Shown here: one piece after another, positions 31,848-42,333 of the stretch
Numbering within the stretch: the first letter of the stretch is position 1
Layout: each line of letters opens with the position of its first letter
Source of the DNA: an uncultured bacterium
GTDB taxonomy: Bacteria; Verrucomicrobiota; Verrucomicrobiia; Limisphaerales; UBA8199
Assembly: GCA_963749495.1 (NCBI GenBank)
Contig: CAVVMW010000004.1
Span: forward strand, 96,001-160,000
Direction of reading: 5' to 3'
Length of the DNA stretch: 64,000 bases
The notes under the pieces: generated by a model
What the model was told of the DNA's origin: nothing
Databases searched by the model: none
What the model saw: the letters and a program-made list of their open reading frames with translations, nothing else
Translations under genes and position numbers: made by a program

Positions 31848-34800
31848 CTACCAGTGAAACGGGGGCGAGGCGTTGGTGCGGGGGCCGTTGTCCTCGGGCG
31901 GCAGGAGGCTCTTGAGGGTGCGCAAGGGGTGCAGGGGCATCAGGACGATGCGCGGCAGCAGACGGAGCGGCTCCATCTTGGCCTCGTCGACCGTGCCGGT
32001 GACCTTGTACTCGAAGAGTTTGGTCACCGGCCAGAACACTCTGCTGACCAGGGGGCCGAAGAGGGGCATGTCGCGCAGCAGCATGGCTTCGACGCGGGCG
32101 TTGAGGCGGCCCTTGAGGTCGGCCGTGCCGCTGTACTCCAGCCGCATGGCCGGAGAGCGGATATCGAGGTTGTCCGAGCGGATGACGCCCCCGACGATGA
32201 CGAAGCTGCAGGCGCCGGCGCTGGCGCGGCTGCTGCCCAGGCCCGGCACCAGCGCGTCCAGGGCCGGGGAGAGCCTGCCAAACAGCGGGATGTCCCAGAT
32301 CAGGCCGTCACGCAACTCCAGCGCGCCGTAGCCTGCGGTTTGCCGCCAATCCTCGGTGTTGGCCTTGGTGAGCACCAGGGCGCCGCTCAAGCGGCCCTCC
32401 AGGTGGTTGCTGCGGCTGGACAGATCGGCAATGAGCGCCTGCAACAGCGTGTTGGTCGTGCTCAGCCTCATTTGGTAATCGGCCCCCGGATGGGCTGGAT
32501 CGAAATAGAACATCGCCGAGCCGCTCGCCTGCCCGCCATAGAAGTCCATCCGCGCGTCGCTCAAAGTCAGGTGAAGGCCCTTCCAGTAGATGCCGGCCTC
32601 GACTCGGGGCAGGTTGAAGCTCAGCCAGTGGAAGGGACCGCTCTGCACCTGGAAATGCAGGTCGGCGGCCTCCTCGCCTTCCATCGGGATGGTCCCATGG
32701 GCGCGGACAGTGGGCGGCTCGATGAACCGGTACGGTTCAAGCGTGCGGGCGATGTGCGGACCGATGGCGCGGGCGACGACCATCGGCTCGGTGGTGCTGA
32801 ATCCATTGGTCAAGAAGACCTTCCGTGCCCGGAAATCGGCCTGGAGCCCCTCGGCCTGGAGGACCTGGTTGCTGCGCTGCAGGCGCGTGTCGATCAGCTC
32901 CAGGACCTGGTTGGTGTAGCGGAGACTCGTGACCAGGCCGCTGGCCCATTCGCCGCGGAAGGTGAAGTTGGTCAAGGCCACCCGCCCCTGGATGCCGATC
33001 TCGACACCGTCGCGCTGCCGCCCCCAGATCTCCGCTTCGATGACGGGCGGTTGGGTGAATGTGAAGAACTCCAGCCCCCGCTGTGCTCCGGGATCGAGCA
33101 GGGGGCGGGCCGCGCTGGGGTCCATGCTGCCGGCCACGCGCCAATAGAACTCCCTGGCGCGCTCGTCATTCTGGTGCGTCGCCAGCACCCGGCCCTCAGG
33201 CCGTGTGAGCAGCAAATCGGGCAGCCGCCAACACTGGTTTGAATAGCTGAAGTGCGCCTGGGCGCTGCTCACCGAGAGCCCGCGGTAGGCGCCGCCGCGG
33301 GGCGCGTTGAATTCGCCTTCGACGCGGAGCGTGGTCTGGACTTGTCCGTGCCAGTCCGGTTGGAGGTTGGTCCAGGCGGGCAGCACCAGGGCCGCGCGGG
33401 CGGCCAGGCGAGGAGGTTGCTCCCAGGTGAACTGGTCCAACCAGCGCCGGGCGGCCTCCGGCAGCAGCGGCGCCAACTGGTGCGCGTCCGCATCCAACGT
33501 CACCCTGCCCTCCAGCTCGCGGCTGGCCACGTTCAGACCCGCGGCCAGGTCAATTTGCCCATGGTCGAAGGCCGCGTGCAGGTTGCTCAGCGTCAGCAGC
33601 GGCGTGCGCCAACTGCCGCTGCACACCGCCTCCCTGCCCGTCACCTGGCCTGACCGCAGGTCCGCCGCCTCGCATTCCCAATCCAGGGCGTAGCGACACA
33701 GCCACGGCGGCCAGGCCAGGCCCGGCGCGGGGGCGGCCGGGTCCGGCGGTTCCTGGCCCAGACCGTCGCCGGGACTCGGCCCTGCCTGCGCCACGGCCAG
33801 GCGAGAGGCACGGATGGCCGCCCGCACCTGGCCGGCGCTGCACCATTGCGTATCCGCCGCTGCGCACTCCAGCCGGCCCTGCGCCGAGAGAGGGACCAGG
33901 TTAGTCAGGCCGTGTACCCACTGGCCCGTCAACCGGGCGTTGGCGCCGCTGCCCCACTGGGTCCCCACCCGCTCCATCGCCAGCACGATGCTGCTGCTGG
34001 CCAAGTTGGTCTGGTCCTTGAGCGGGGCAAGGCCCGCCTCAAGCTGCACCTTGGAGGCCCAGGCCCAGCGCGTCCGGGCGTCGGCGGCCTTCAACGTCAA
34101 CTGCGCATTGACCCCGGTGGGCTGGTCTTGGGCCGGCTCCAGCCGGACCAGGAGCTGGACGTTGGTGAGGTCGGCCCACCGGGTCTGGACGCTGCCGGCG
34201 CCCAGGCTCAGTTCGGCATGCGGCGGTTGGCTGTTGGCGGCCTGCAGGAGCCGCGCGCCCAATCGGCCCTGGGAGAGCGTCCCCCATGGCGTGAGGGCTG
34301 CCGGGACGTTGGCCACGAGACGCACGCTCAAACGCCGCAAATCCCGGGCATCACCCAGCACGTTGAGCCGAAGCTGGAGCGGAGCGGCGAAATGGATCTG
34401 GTCGAGGGCGTCGGCCAGTTGCGCCAGCCGCTCCTCCCAGCGCCCGGCCTCCTGCGCCTGCGCGGGCGAGCGCAGGAACGTCCAATTCCGCGCCGCCGAT
34501 GCATGCGTGAGGGTGCCGGAGAGTTGGAGCCTGGCCCCGGCAAATTCGGCCTTGAAATTGTCCAGCGCCCACTCGTCATGGGGCAGGAAGCGCAGGTCGG
34601 TCTGGATGTTCTCCAGCGCCAGTTCACGCGGGGCCTGGTGGTCGTTGGCCGCGGGCACGGGCCAGACCAAGCGCCCGCTGCGCAAGGCCAGGGCATCCAC
34701 CTGGAATTGCCGCCGCGCCAGGGCGCGGTAGTTGAGCCGGACCTGGACCTGGCCGAAGGTCATGCGCGGAGTCAGGGGTTGGCCGGCCCGGCCGAAGCGC

Positions 34801-35060
34801 ACATTCTCCGCCACGATGCCCCGATACCAGGACAGGCGCAGGCGCGAGAACTCCAGCTCCAGGCCCCGCGCCCTGAGCTTCTCCAGCAGGGGCCGCTTCA
34901 CAAAACCGGGCAGCCCCACCTGGTTCAGATACACCAGCGCGCCCGTCACCCCCAACAGCGCCAGCCACGCCGCGATGCGCGCCCACCGGAAATAGACCCG
35001 GCACCTTCGCCAGAATCCGCTCGCATTCAAGGCGGTGGGAGGAGAAAGGTCTGAATCCAC
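31848..35060 (-). CDS. AsmA-like (YhdP/TamB-type) large periplasmic protein
   Basis: N-terminal TM, long beta-rich body, AsmA-like C-terminus (YKVTGTVDEAK). Confidence 0.75.
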   Translation of the reverse strand: MDSDLSPPTALNASGFWRRCRVYFRWARIAAWLALLGVTGALVYLNQVGLPGFVKRPLLEKLRARGLELEFSRLRLSWYRGIVAENVRFGRAGQPLTPRMTFGQVQVRLNYRALARRQFQVDALALRSGRLVWPVPAANDHQAPRELALENIQTDLRFLPHDEWALDNFKAEFAGARLQLSGTLTHASAARNWTFLRSPAQAQEAGRWEERLAQLADALDQIHFAAPLQLRLNVLGDARDLRRLSVRLVANVPAALTPWGTLSQGRLGARLLQAANSQPPHAELSLGAGSVQTRWADLTNVQLLVRLEPAQDQPTGVNAQLTLKAADARTRWAWASKVQLEAGLAPLKDQTNLASSSIVLAMERVGTQWGSGANARLTGQWVHGLTNLVPLSAQGRLECAAADTQWCSAGQVRAAIRASRLAVAQAGPSPGDGLGQEPPDPAAPAPGLAWPPWLCRYALDWECEAADLRSGQVTGREAVCSGSWRTPLLTLSNLHAAFDHGQIDLAAGLNVASRELEGRVTLDADAHQLAPLLPEAARRWLDQFTWEQPPRLAARAALVLPAWTNLQPDWHGQVQTTLRVEGEFNAPRGGAYRGLSVSSAQAHFSYSNQCWRLPDLLLTRPEGRVLATHQNDERAREFYWRVAGSMDPSAARPLLDPGAQRGLEFFTFTQPPVIEAEIWGRQRDGVEIGIQGRVALTNFTFRGEWASGLVTSLRYTNQVLELIDTRLQRSNQVLQAEGLQADFRARKVFLTNGFSTTEPMVVARAIGPHIARTLEPYRFIEPPTVRAHGTIPMEGEEAADLHFQVQSGPFHWLSFNLPRVEAGIYWKGLHLTLSDARMDFYGGQASGSAMFYFDPAHPGADYQMRLSTTNTLLQALIADLSSRSNHLEGRLSGALVLTKANTEDWRQTAGYGALELRDGLIWDIPLFGRLSPALDALVPGLGSSRASAGACSFVIVGGVIRSDNLDIRSPAMRLEYSGTADLKGRLNARVEAMLLRDMPLFGPLVSRVFWPVTKLFEYKVTGTVDEAKMEPLRLLPRIVLMPLHPLRTLKSLLPPEDNGPRTNASPPFHW

Positions 35061-36850
35061 TCGGCCAGCCAGGAAGGAAACTCAAAGACCCAGGGCTCCC
35101 CATCCAACGCGACCGCACCATAGAGCGAGCGGCCGGGGCTCGGTCCGCCCAATTCAACAACGGCTGGTTTGGCGCCATCCTTAAATTCGAGGGTGATTTG
35201 CCGGGCGCTGCCATCGGCGGCAAAGCCATAACGGGCGCGGCTCTGCGCCCCATGCCCCACCCAGGTGGCGGCGGCCAACTGCCCCAGGTTCCGTATCGTC
35301 TCGGCCACGCTCAGGACATCGATCGTCCCGCCCGGATCCGAAGCCAGTGTCCAGGCCACCGGCCCCTTGTCTGTGTGAATCAACTGGCGCACTTTGCCCG
35401 CCTGCCGCACCACCACGCGCGTGATGTCGTTGTCCGAATAATTCCAGATGCGGCGCTCCCGCATCTGGAAGCCGGCGGTGGGCAGCCGCTCGATGTCCCC
35501 CGCCTTGACGGCGTAAACGGAAATCTCGTCGCTGCGGTTGACGAACACCCGGTTTGTGTTGGTGAAGCCGACATCCACTTCGGCGATGACGGGATTGGTG
35601 GCGCCAGGGGAGGCAGGGGCCGATTTGAAGATATACCGGCGCGCGGCCGGCGCGGTCAGGCCATAGCGGGCCAACTCCGGCGCCGTTACCGCGTCGAAAA
35701 ACTCGAGGATCGGCAAATGACCCACGCCCGACACCAGGTCTTTGACCAAGTCGGCGTCGGCGGGCAGGTTCTGCGGCAGGACACGCCAGCCGTTGGTGCC
35801 CTGGGGCTGGACCCCGAAATGGTCCTGCCCATAGACCTCGATGGCGGCCACCGAGTCGGGCAGGTCAATGACGTTGGTGGCGCGAAAGGCATTGACGGGC
35901 CCGTACCACCCATCCAGCGTGTTGGTGGCCACGGTGACAACGGCGTTGCGCCCCAGGCAGCGGGCGGTGACCACGCCGGAGTCGTTGGTGAGGCTCCTGC
36001 CGAATTGGAGCCAGGCGAGGGTATTGGTGCCGCGGGCCAGGGCCAGTTCGAGCTGGGCCGGCTGCAGGCCCAAGGCCTCCAGGTCGGCCTTGGGGTCATC
36101 GGAAACAAACCGGCGCACATTGAGCGAGCGCAACTGCTGGAGCAACTCGTTGATGCGCGGGGTATCGGCGCGGGCCTGGATGGGATTGACGATACGCCAG
36201 AGGCGGGTGGCCGGCTCCTGCTGCAGCTCCAGCACCTTGGCCGCGGACACCCCGCCAGCGCGGTTGGTCAGGATCACGCGGTCGAAGCTCACGTCCTTCA
36301 AATTGACCAGAGCCGTGTCCCGCCAATCGTCTTTGGTGCGGGGGATCTCCCGCAGCAACTGCGCGTCCACCACATAGACCCCCGCCACGCCCACCACCTG
36401 GAGGTAGAGTTGGTCGCCGGGCACTGTCAGGCCGCCCACAACCACTTGGCGCATCCAGGCATCGCCTTGTTGGATCAGCAGAGTCGCCTGGGGCGAGGCC
36501 AGGCCCTCTTCTTCGTCGGCGTGGGGCCAGTTGCGGCGCACGCCCGGAGGGATGAAGGCGGCCGGGGTCAGCCGCTCCAGGGCGCCCAGCAGGCTCTCGA
36601 TGCTGGCGGATTGCGCCGGGTAGGGCACCGGCTTGGTCAGGCGCCAGGTGTTGTTGGTCCGCTGGGCGCGGATAAAGAAGCTCTGGCCCTTGGCCTCCAC
36701 CGAGATGCTGGTGACCGCCGCCGCCTTGAGCCCCGGCAGGACCCGCTCAGGGCCGGGGCTGGGAGGCCGGGCAAACCGTTCGCGCGCCAGGATCCCCAGA
36801 AAGAGCGCCGCCGCGACAGCCAGCCAATACCAGGTGTTCTTGGGGTTCAT
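35027..36850 (-). CDS. DUF4340-domain protein
   Basis: N-terminal TM and three repeats of the W.l..P...A / YGL pattern; follows a GldG-like gene. Confidence 0.75.
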   Translation of the reverse strand: MNPKNTWYWLAVAAALFLGILARERFARPPSPGPERVLPGLKAAAVTSISVEAKGQSFFIRAQRTNNTWRLTKPVPYPAQSASIESLLGALERLTPAAFIPPGVRRNWPHADEEEGLASPQATLLIQQGDAWMRQVVVGGLTVPGDQLYLQVVGVAGVYVVDAQLLREIPRTKDDWRDTALVNLKDVSFDRVILTNRAGGVSAAKVLELQQEPATRLWRIVNPIQARADTPRINELLQQLRSLNVRRFVSDDPKADLEALGLQPAQLELALARGTNTLAWLQFGRSLTNDSGVVTARCLGRNAVVTVATNTLDGWYGPVNAFRATNVIDLPDSVAAIEVYGQDHFGVQPQGTNGWRVLPQNLPADADLVKDLVSGVGHLPILEFFDAVTAPELARYGLTAPAARRYIFKSAPASPGATNPVIAEVDVGFTNTNRVFVNRSDEISVYAVKAGDIERLPTAGFQMRERRIWNYSDNDITRVVVRQAGKVRQLIHTDKGPVAWTLASDPGGTIDVLSVAETIRNLGQLAAATWVGHGAQSRARYGFAADGSARQITLEFKDGAKPAVVELGGPSPGRSLYGAVALDGEPWVFEFPSWLAEWIQTFLLPPP

Positions 36851-36904
36851 CGGCGATTGGCCTTCTTGGCTTTGGTGGGTCGGTGCAATGTCCTGCGAGG
36901 CCCC

Positions 36905-37100
36905 TTAGCGCGCGTATTTCACACGCTGTCTGTAGCGCAGACTTCCAAGTCTGCTGTATCGCGGGTTTCCAAACCCGCCGGGCGCCGGAGCCGGGCGACG
37001 GGCTGCCGACTTGGAAGTCGGCGATACAGCAGGCTTGGAAGCCTGCGCTACCGGTCTGCCGTCGCTCGCGGCCAGGTAACTCATGAAATACTCGGGTTAG
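36905..37100. mobile_element. MITE-like element carrying a GTAG-type REP doublet, flanked by TTAG direct repeats
   Basis: TTAG at 36905-36908 and 37097-37100; ends cgcgcgtatttca / tgaaatactcggg match at 11 of 13; inner GTAGCGCAGACTTCCAAGTCTGC ... GCAGGCTTGGAAGCCTGCGCTAC. Confidence 0.65.
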
Positions 37101-38586
37101 CGCCGGCGGCGCAGCCAGACCAGGCCCCCCAGGAACAGAACGGCCCCTGGCATGCCCGGCCAGCAGGAGCCAGCGGGTGGCGGCGACCTGCGCCGCGGTC
37201 ATCACCAGGCGGTAACTGCCGATGGGGCGCGGGCCCATCGCCCCGAGCAATTGCTTGCGGTCCAGCAGCCAGTTGACCGCGTAGCCGGCGAAGTCCCGGT
37301 TGGCACTCTGGCCAATATTCAGATTGTCCAGCATCAGCGAATCCCCCACCACCAGCATCCGGGTCGAGCCGCGCTCGGTCGTCATGCCGCGAATCGTATT
37401 CTCGACCGCCACCATCAGTGGGCACTTCTGGCGGCGGCCCGGTTCGCTGAGCATAAAGGCATTGTCGGTCGAGGACGCTATCTCGTCCACGCGCGGCGCA
37501 TCGGCGCTTTGGGCGCGGGTCCTGAGCTTGCCGACTTTTCGGGGCTGAATCATGTAGAGGGAGAAGCCGACCAGCGGATTGACGACCGGGTTCAACTCGG
37601 CGAAATTCCAGACACTCATGTCCAGGCCCTCCCCCTTGGAACTCCAGAGCGGGTCGACCACAACGGTATTGCCGACCTCGACGCCCCATTTCTCGAGGAG
37701 TTTTTCGAGGCCGTTGCCGCGCATCGTGCCGCTCTGCTCGATGAGCAGAGAATTAAAGAGCGCCAGCAGCCGCCCGCCCTGGCTCAGGTACTGATCGATC
37801 TTGCCCAGTTCGAGGGCTGAGAATTGGTTCTGCGCCCCGGCTACGACCAGCAAGTCGCAGTCAGCCGGCACAGTATTGGTTCCTTGCAGTTGCAGGGAAT
37901 GGACCTCGATATAGTTATCCAGGAGGATGCTCTGGAAGGTCTTGTAGCCGAAATCGTCGCCCCGCGCGATCTCGTGCTCGCCAAGGTGGTCCTCGACAAA
38001 ATAGGCCTTCAGGCGCTTGGGCGATGTGACCTTGATGAGGGCGGCCGTGAAGAAACTCTCGCCGACGAAGTCCGTAGGCTGGCGCAGGAAGAACAGGTTC
38101 GTGCCTTGCGTGACGTACTCGGGGGTGCCCCGCGTCAACTCCTTGCTGTCGAAGTCCTGCTGGCCCATGCCGGGGCAATCAAAGATGATGATGTTCTTGA
38201 CGCCGTTGCCCAGCTTGTATTCGGTCCGCACCTTCTGGGCGGCGCCCGCGTCCATCACGTCCACGGCCCGGACTGTAATCCGGGGATTGGCCAGGTGATA
38301 GAGGTTCAGGAGATCGGAGACGGTCCCGTAGAGCCAGTCCTGCTTGTCGAAGAAGAGGGTCACTTTGACCTGGTTGGTGAGCGAACGCACGAACTGGCGG
38401 GTCAGAGGGCTGCAGCTCCGTCTTGGCCTGCCCGCTCCAATAGAGGCGGGCGGAGAAATCACGGCTCAGGTAGTTGACCATCACCACCACTGCCAGGACC
38501 ATCAGGGTGCTCAGCGAGACGTTCAGGATGATGCCCCACCGCTGGCGCGGGGAGAAGCTGGGCTTGGCTTGAGGCTCCGTGGGCAT
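37097..38586 (-). CDS. GldG-like ABC-associated auxiliary protein (frameshifts near 38410 and 37150)
   Basis: N-terminal TM, AYF...GE, DLLVVAG, YLSQGGRLL, RMLVVGDS, NRDF..AVNWL, C-terminal TM plus WLRRRR*. Confidence 0.78.
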
Positions 38587-38601
38587 GGGTGCGGGACTCT
38601 C

Positions 38602-39361
38602 CTATTTCCAGCGGCGGCTCTCGACCACGCGCAAGGTCAAGAAGAGGAAGAACAGCGTCAGGCTCGAGGTAGAGAACCACCGCGCGCGTGTCCACCACAC
38701 CGCGCGCGAAGTCGTGCATCTGGTCGAAGAGCGAGAAGCAGGCCAGGACCTGGCCCTGCCATTGCCCCGCATCGGCGAAGCGGTCCGCCAGGTAGGCCAG
38801 CAGGAACAGGCTCACGCCGAAGACCAGGCTGATCATGGCCGCCACCGCCTGGTTGCGCGTCAGCGCCGAGGCGAAGCAGCCCATCGCCACGTACATGGCG
38901 CCCAGCAGCCCGATGCCCAGGTAGGTGCTGCCCAGCGCGCCCAGGCCGAAGGCCGAGCCGTCCCTCGCGTAGTGCTGCACCACCAGCATGCACCCCAGCA
39001 GCGGCAGCCAGATCATCAGGAAGAAGATCAGCGCCGCGCTGAACTTGGCCAGCACCACCTCCAGGTCCTTCACCGGTGTGGTCATGAGCGTCTCGAACGT
39101 CCCGGAAAACTTCTCCTGCGCAAAGAGCCGCATCGTGATCAACGGCGTGGTCGGCAGCAGGATTAGCCAGAAGTAAAACGTGTTGTAAAACAACTCGGTC
39201 ACCGGCACCGGGATGCGCAAGGGCATTTCCTGGAGCTTCTCGATGATCACCAGGAAACTGTTGCCCATGAGGAACAGCGCGGCCGCGATGATGATGTAGC
39301 CGGTCGCCGACAGAAAATAGGCCCCCAGCTCCCGGCGGGTGAGCGTCCAATAGGCCCGCAT
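38602..39361 (-). CDS. ABC-2 permease, GldF-like (frameshift near 38665)
   Basis: RRELGAYF, TMRLFAQEKFSGTFETLMTTP, SALTRNQ. Confidence 0.85.
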
Positions 39362-40323
39362 CAGGCTTCCTCCTCCTCCTCGGGCCGGGTCACCTCCACG
39401 TAGATGTCTTCCAGGGAATGCCGGCTGCGCGTCAGCTCCCGCAGCGGCCAGCCGTGCTCCTGCGCCAGGGCATAGACCTGCGGCCGCACGTCCAGCCCGT
39501 TGCGCGCCGTGAGCGCACAGCGGAAATACTCTCCCTCGCACGGGGCCACATCGAATTGGTCCACCTCGGGCATCTGCGCCCAGCATTTCCGAAGCACGTC
39601 GGCCGGGGCGGCAATCTCGGCGATGACCTGGCTGTGATGGCTCATGAGCTGCTGCAGGGTCTCGGCTGTGCCGGCGGCCAGGATCTTGCCCTCGTACATG
39701 ATCACCATCCGGTTGCAAGTCATTTCGGCCTCCGGCAGGATGTGCGTCGAGATGAGCACCGTGTGCGCCCCGGCCAGGCCCTTGATCAACTGCCTCACGG
39801 ACCGGATCTGGTTCGGGTCCAGCCCGATCGTCGGCTCGTCCAGGATGATCAGTTCCGGCTCGTGAACCAGCGCATCGGCCAGCCCGACGCGCTGCCGGTA
39901 GCCCTTGGAAAGCTGGCCGATGATGCGCCGGCTGACCTCCGTCAGCCCGCACTGCTCCATCACCGTGTCCACGCGCCCCCTCGAGGCCTTCCAGCCCAAG
40001 CCCTTGAGCCGGGCCCGAAACTTGAGATACTCCCGCACCCGCAGGTCCAGGTGCAGCGGGTTGTTCTCCGGCATGTAGCCGATCCGCCGCCGCACCTCGT
40101 CCGATCGCTTGAACACGTCCAGCCCCGCCACCCGCACCGTCCCCGACGTCGCCGGCAGGTAGCACGCCAGAATCCGCATCGTTGTGCTCTTGCCCGCCCC
40201 GTTCGGCCCCAACAAACCGACGATCTCTCCGTGCCCAACCGAAAACGATATGTTCGACACCGCCGTGTGCCCGGCGTATCGCTTCGTCAGGTTGGCCACT
40301 TCTATCATCAAACGGTCGCTCAT
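39361..40323 (-). CDS. ABC ATPase, GldA-like
   Basis: GPNGAGKST, LSKGYRQRVGLA, ILDEPT. Confidence 0.92.
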   Translation of the reverse strand: MSDRLMIEVANLTKRYAGHTAVSNISFSVGHGEIVGLLGPNGAGKSTTMRILACYLPATSGTVRVAGLDVFKRSDEVRRRIGYMPENNPLHLDLRVREYLKFRARLKGLGWKASRGRVDTVMEQCGLTEVSRRIIGQLSKGYRQRVGLADALVHEPELIILDEPTIGLDPNQIRSVRQLIKGLAGAHTVLISTHILPEAEMTCNRMVIMYEGKILAAGTAETLQQLMSHHSQVIAEIAAPADVLRKCWAQMPEVDQFDVAPCEGEYFRCALTARNGLDVRPQVYALAQEHGWPLRELTRSRHSLEDIYVEVTRPEEEEEA

Positions 40324-40473
40324 GAAACCAATCCAATTCCCAGTCTAGCCAATCCCGGGCCAGGGCGGCAAACCCGAAAATCCGAAATCCGAGACCCAGG
40401 CAGAACCATGGAAGTCAGGATCAATGCAGGCAAAATCATTTCTGCCAGAATCATTAAAAGAAGAGTCTCTGCC

Positions 40474-40530
40474 TTCGTCATTCGTCATTCGTCATTCGTC
40501 ATTCGTCATTCGTCATTCGTCATTCGTCAT
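40474..40530. repeat. Heptamer array (ttcgtca) x8
   Basis: Visible directly, just downstream of the HtrA stop. Confidence 0.93.
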
Positions 40531-40542
40531 TTCGCTCCCCCT

Positions 40543-42138
40543 TCACCTCACCACGACGTCCACCGTCCTCTGGTAGAACTCGACCTGCCGGCTGCCGAGT
40601 TGGCGCGGGACGATGACCAGGAGCTGCACCCGCTGGCCCTTTTTCTTTCCAAAGAGGATCTCGGCCACGGCGCGGACTTCGCCGGTGCGCTGGCCATCAA
40701 CTCCCGCGAGCAGGAACCCCTGCTGCAACCTGGCCTGGTCGGCCGGGCCGTCCTTTTCGACCTCCTCGATGAAGAGCTGTTCGCGCGCTGCCACGCCGTG
40801 ACGATCGGCGTTTTGGCCGGTCAACTCCAGCAGTTTCATTCCCAGTTTCTGCCGGATCAACTCCTCGAAGGGGAGCAGGCGAATGGTGAGCGAGCAACGC
40901 TCGGTGCCGCGGCCCACGAGCAGCCGGGCCTCGTGGCGGGGCGCCTTGCTGAGCAGGCCGCTGCAGGCGATGAGCCCGGGGGGCGTCTGGCCGTTGACCT
41001 GCAGGACCTGGTCGCCTTCCCGCAAGCCCGCGCGGGCGGCAGGGCTGTTGGCCTGCACCGACTTGACCAGCAGCGGCCCGGGGCTCGCCTTGAGCTGCGC
41101 CCCGAACCAGAGCGAGTCGGTCCATTCCGGACTGAAAAACTGCGAGAGTGCGGCCGACACCTGCTTGACCGGGATGGAGAATCCCAGGCCCATGCCCTGC
41201 TGCTCGCGGGCAACGGCCACATTCAGGCCGATGAGTTCCCCGCGCAAGTTCACCAGCGGCCCGCCGCTGTTGCCGGGATTGATGGCGGCGTCGGTTTGCA
41301 GCCAGTCCTCCACCTGCAAGGGCTCCCCTTCGGCGGCGGGACGGCGGTTTTTCGAGCTGAGGATGCCCTTGGTCACCGAGCCCCCCAGGCCGAACGGGTT
41401 GCCCAGGGCCAGCACCGTCTCGCCCAGCAGCAGGTCCTCGTCTGCAGCAAACTGAATCGCCTTGAACTTCTCGCCGGGCTTGGCGCGGAGCTTGAGCAAC
41501 GCCACGTCGCTCTGCGCCGTGGCGATGATCGGCTCCGCCTCGTACTCGCGCCCGTCCCAGAGCTTGACCTGCACGCGGGTGGCGCGGCTGATCACATGGT
41601 AATTGGTCAGCAAGTGGCCGTCTTCGTCAATGATCACACCCGAGCCGAGGCTGATAGATTTCTCCTGCCGCACCGGGCTGCGGTGCCCGCCGAAGAGTTG
41701 CCCATTCAACTGGCGCAGCAACTCATCATACCAATCGTGGTACTCGATGACCGTCTCGGTCGCAATGTTCACCACGCTGGGCATGACCTTCTCGATGGCC
41801 TCCACCGTCGCGTCCCGGCGCAGGTCGCCCGAGGCGCCCGCCGCCGCCGCAGCAGGCAGCACCAGCCCCAGGCAAGCCAGAAACACTAACCGGGTGTTAT
41901 TAAAAGTGTCGGTCAGTCCACGGCACCTTTTTGCCCCGAAGGGGCTTCCGACAATAGCCCGGCGTTTCAACGCCGGGTGAGCGGACCCAAGGAGCGGGTC
42001 CGTCCCGAAGGGACGGCTGAAAGCAACGAGCGTTCTCAGTCGTCCCTTCGGGACGAGGGCCCCGTCTGTGGCCTTCCCGGCGTTGAAACGCCGGGCTATT
42101 GTCGAATGTCCCTCCGGGACAAAACTCCCGAGGGGCAT
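40543..42138 (-). CDS. HtrA/DegP-family serine protease with two PDZ domains (start uncertain)
   Basis: GSGVII, LTNYHV, DVALLK, QTDAAINPGNSGGPL; the signal-like segment near 41840-41890 is preceded in frame by REP-encoded sequence. Confidence 0.88.
   Translation of the reverse strand: MPLGSFVPEGHSTIARRFNAGKATDGALVPKGRLRTLVAFSRPFGTDPLLGSAHPALKRRAIVGSPFGAKRCRGLTDTFNNTRLVFLACLGLVLPAAAAAGASGDLRRDATVEAIEKVMPSVVNIATETVIEYHDWYDELLRQLNGQLFGGHRSPVRQEKSISLGSGVIIDEDGHLLTNYHVISRATRVQVKLWDGREYEAEPIIATAQSDVALLKLRAKPGEKFKAIQFAADEDLLLGETVLALGNPFGLGGSVTKGILSSKNRRPAAEGEPLQVEDWLQTDAAINPGNSGGPLVNLRGELIGLNVAVAREQQGMGLGFSIPVKQVSAALSQFFSPEWTDSLWFGAQLKASPGPLLVKSVQANSPAARAGLREGDQVLQVNGQTPPGLIACSGLLSKAPRHEARLLVGRGTERCSLTIRLLPFEELIRQKLGMKLLELTGQNADRHGVAAREQLFIEEVEKDGPADQARLQQGFLLAGVDGQRTGEVRAVAEILFGKKKGQRVQLLVIVPRQLGSRQVEFYQRTVDVVVR
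41933..42120. repeat. REP-like nested inverted repeat in frame with the htrA 5' end
   Basis: cgacaatagcccggcgtttcaacgccggg / cccggcgttgaaacgccgggctattgtcg with an inner gtcccgaagggac pair. Confidence 0.85.
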
Positions 42139-42243
42139 GCCCGAAGCTTTTGATCTTCTCCACACCAGCTCGGTCCTTTCTCGTTGATTCCAATTCATCA
42201 TTCCACAGGCAAATCTGCCATGCCATTTGTTCAATCTCGACAT

Positions 42244-42294
42244 GTAACTGTTCAGGTGGGGCAGACCAGAGGTCTGCCCCACCTGAACAGTTAC
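42244..42294. repeat. Perfect 24-bp palindrome with a 3-nt loop
   Basis: gtaactgttcaggtggggcagacc-aga-ggtctgccccacctgaacagttac. Confidence 0.95.
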
Positions 42295-42333
42295 CTTGAC
42301 TTTTTCCAGGCGCGGGCGCACAAGCTTGGCCCG

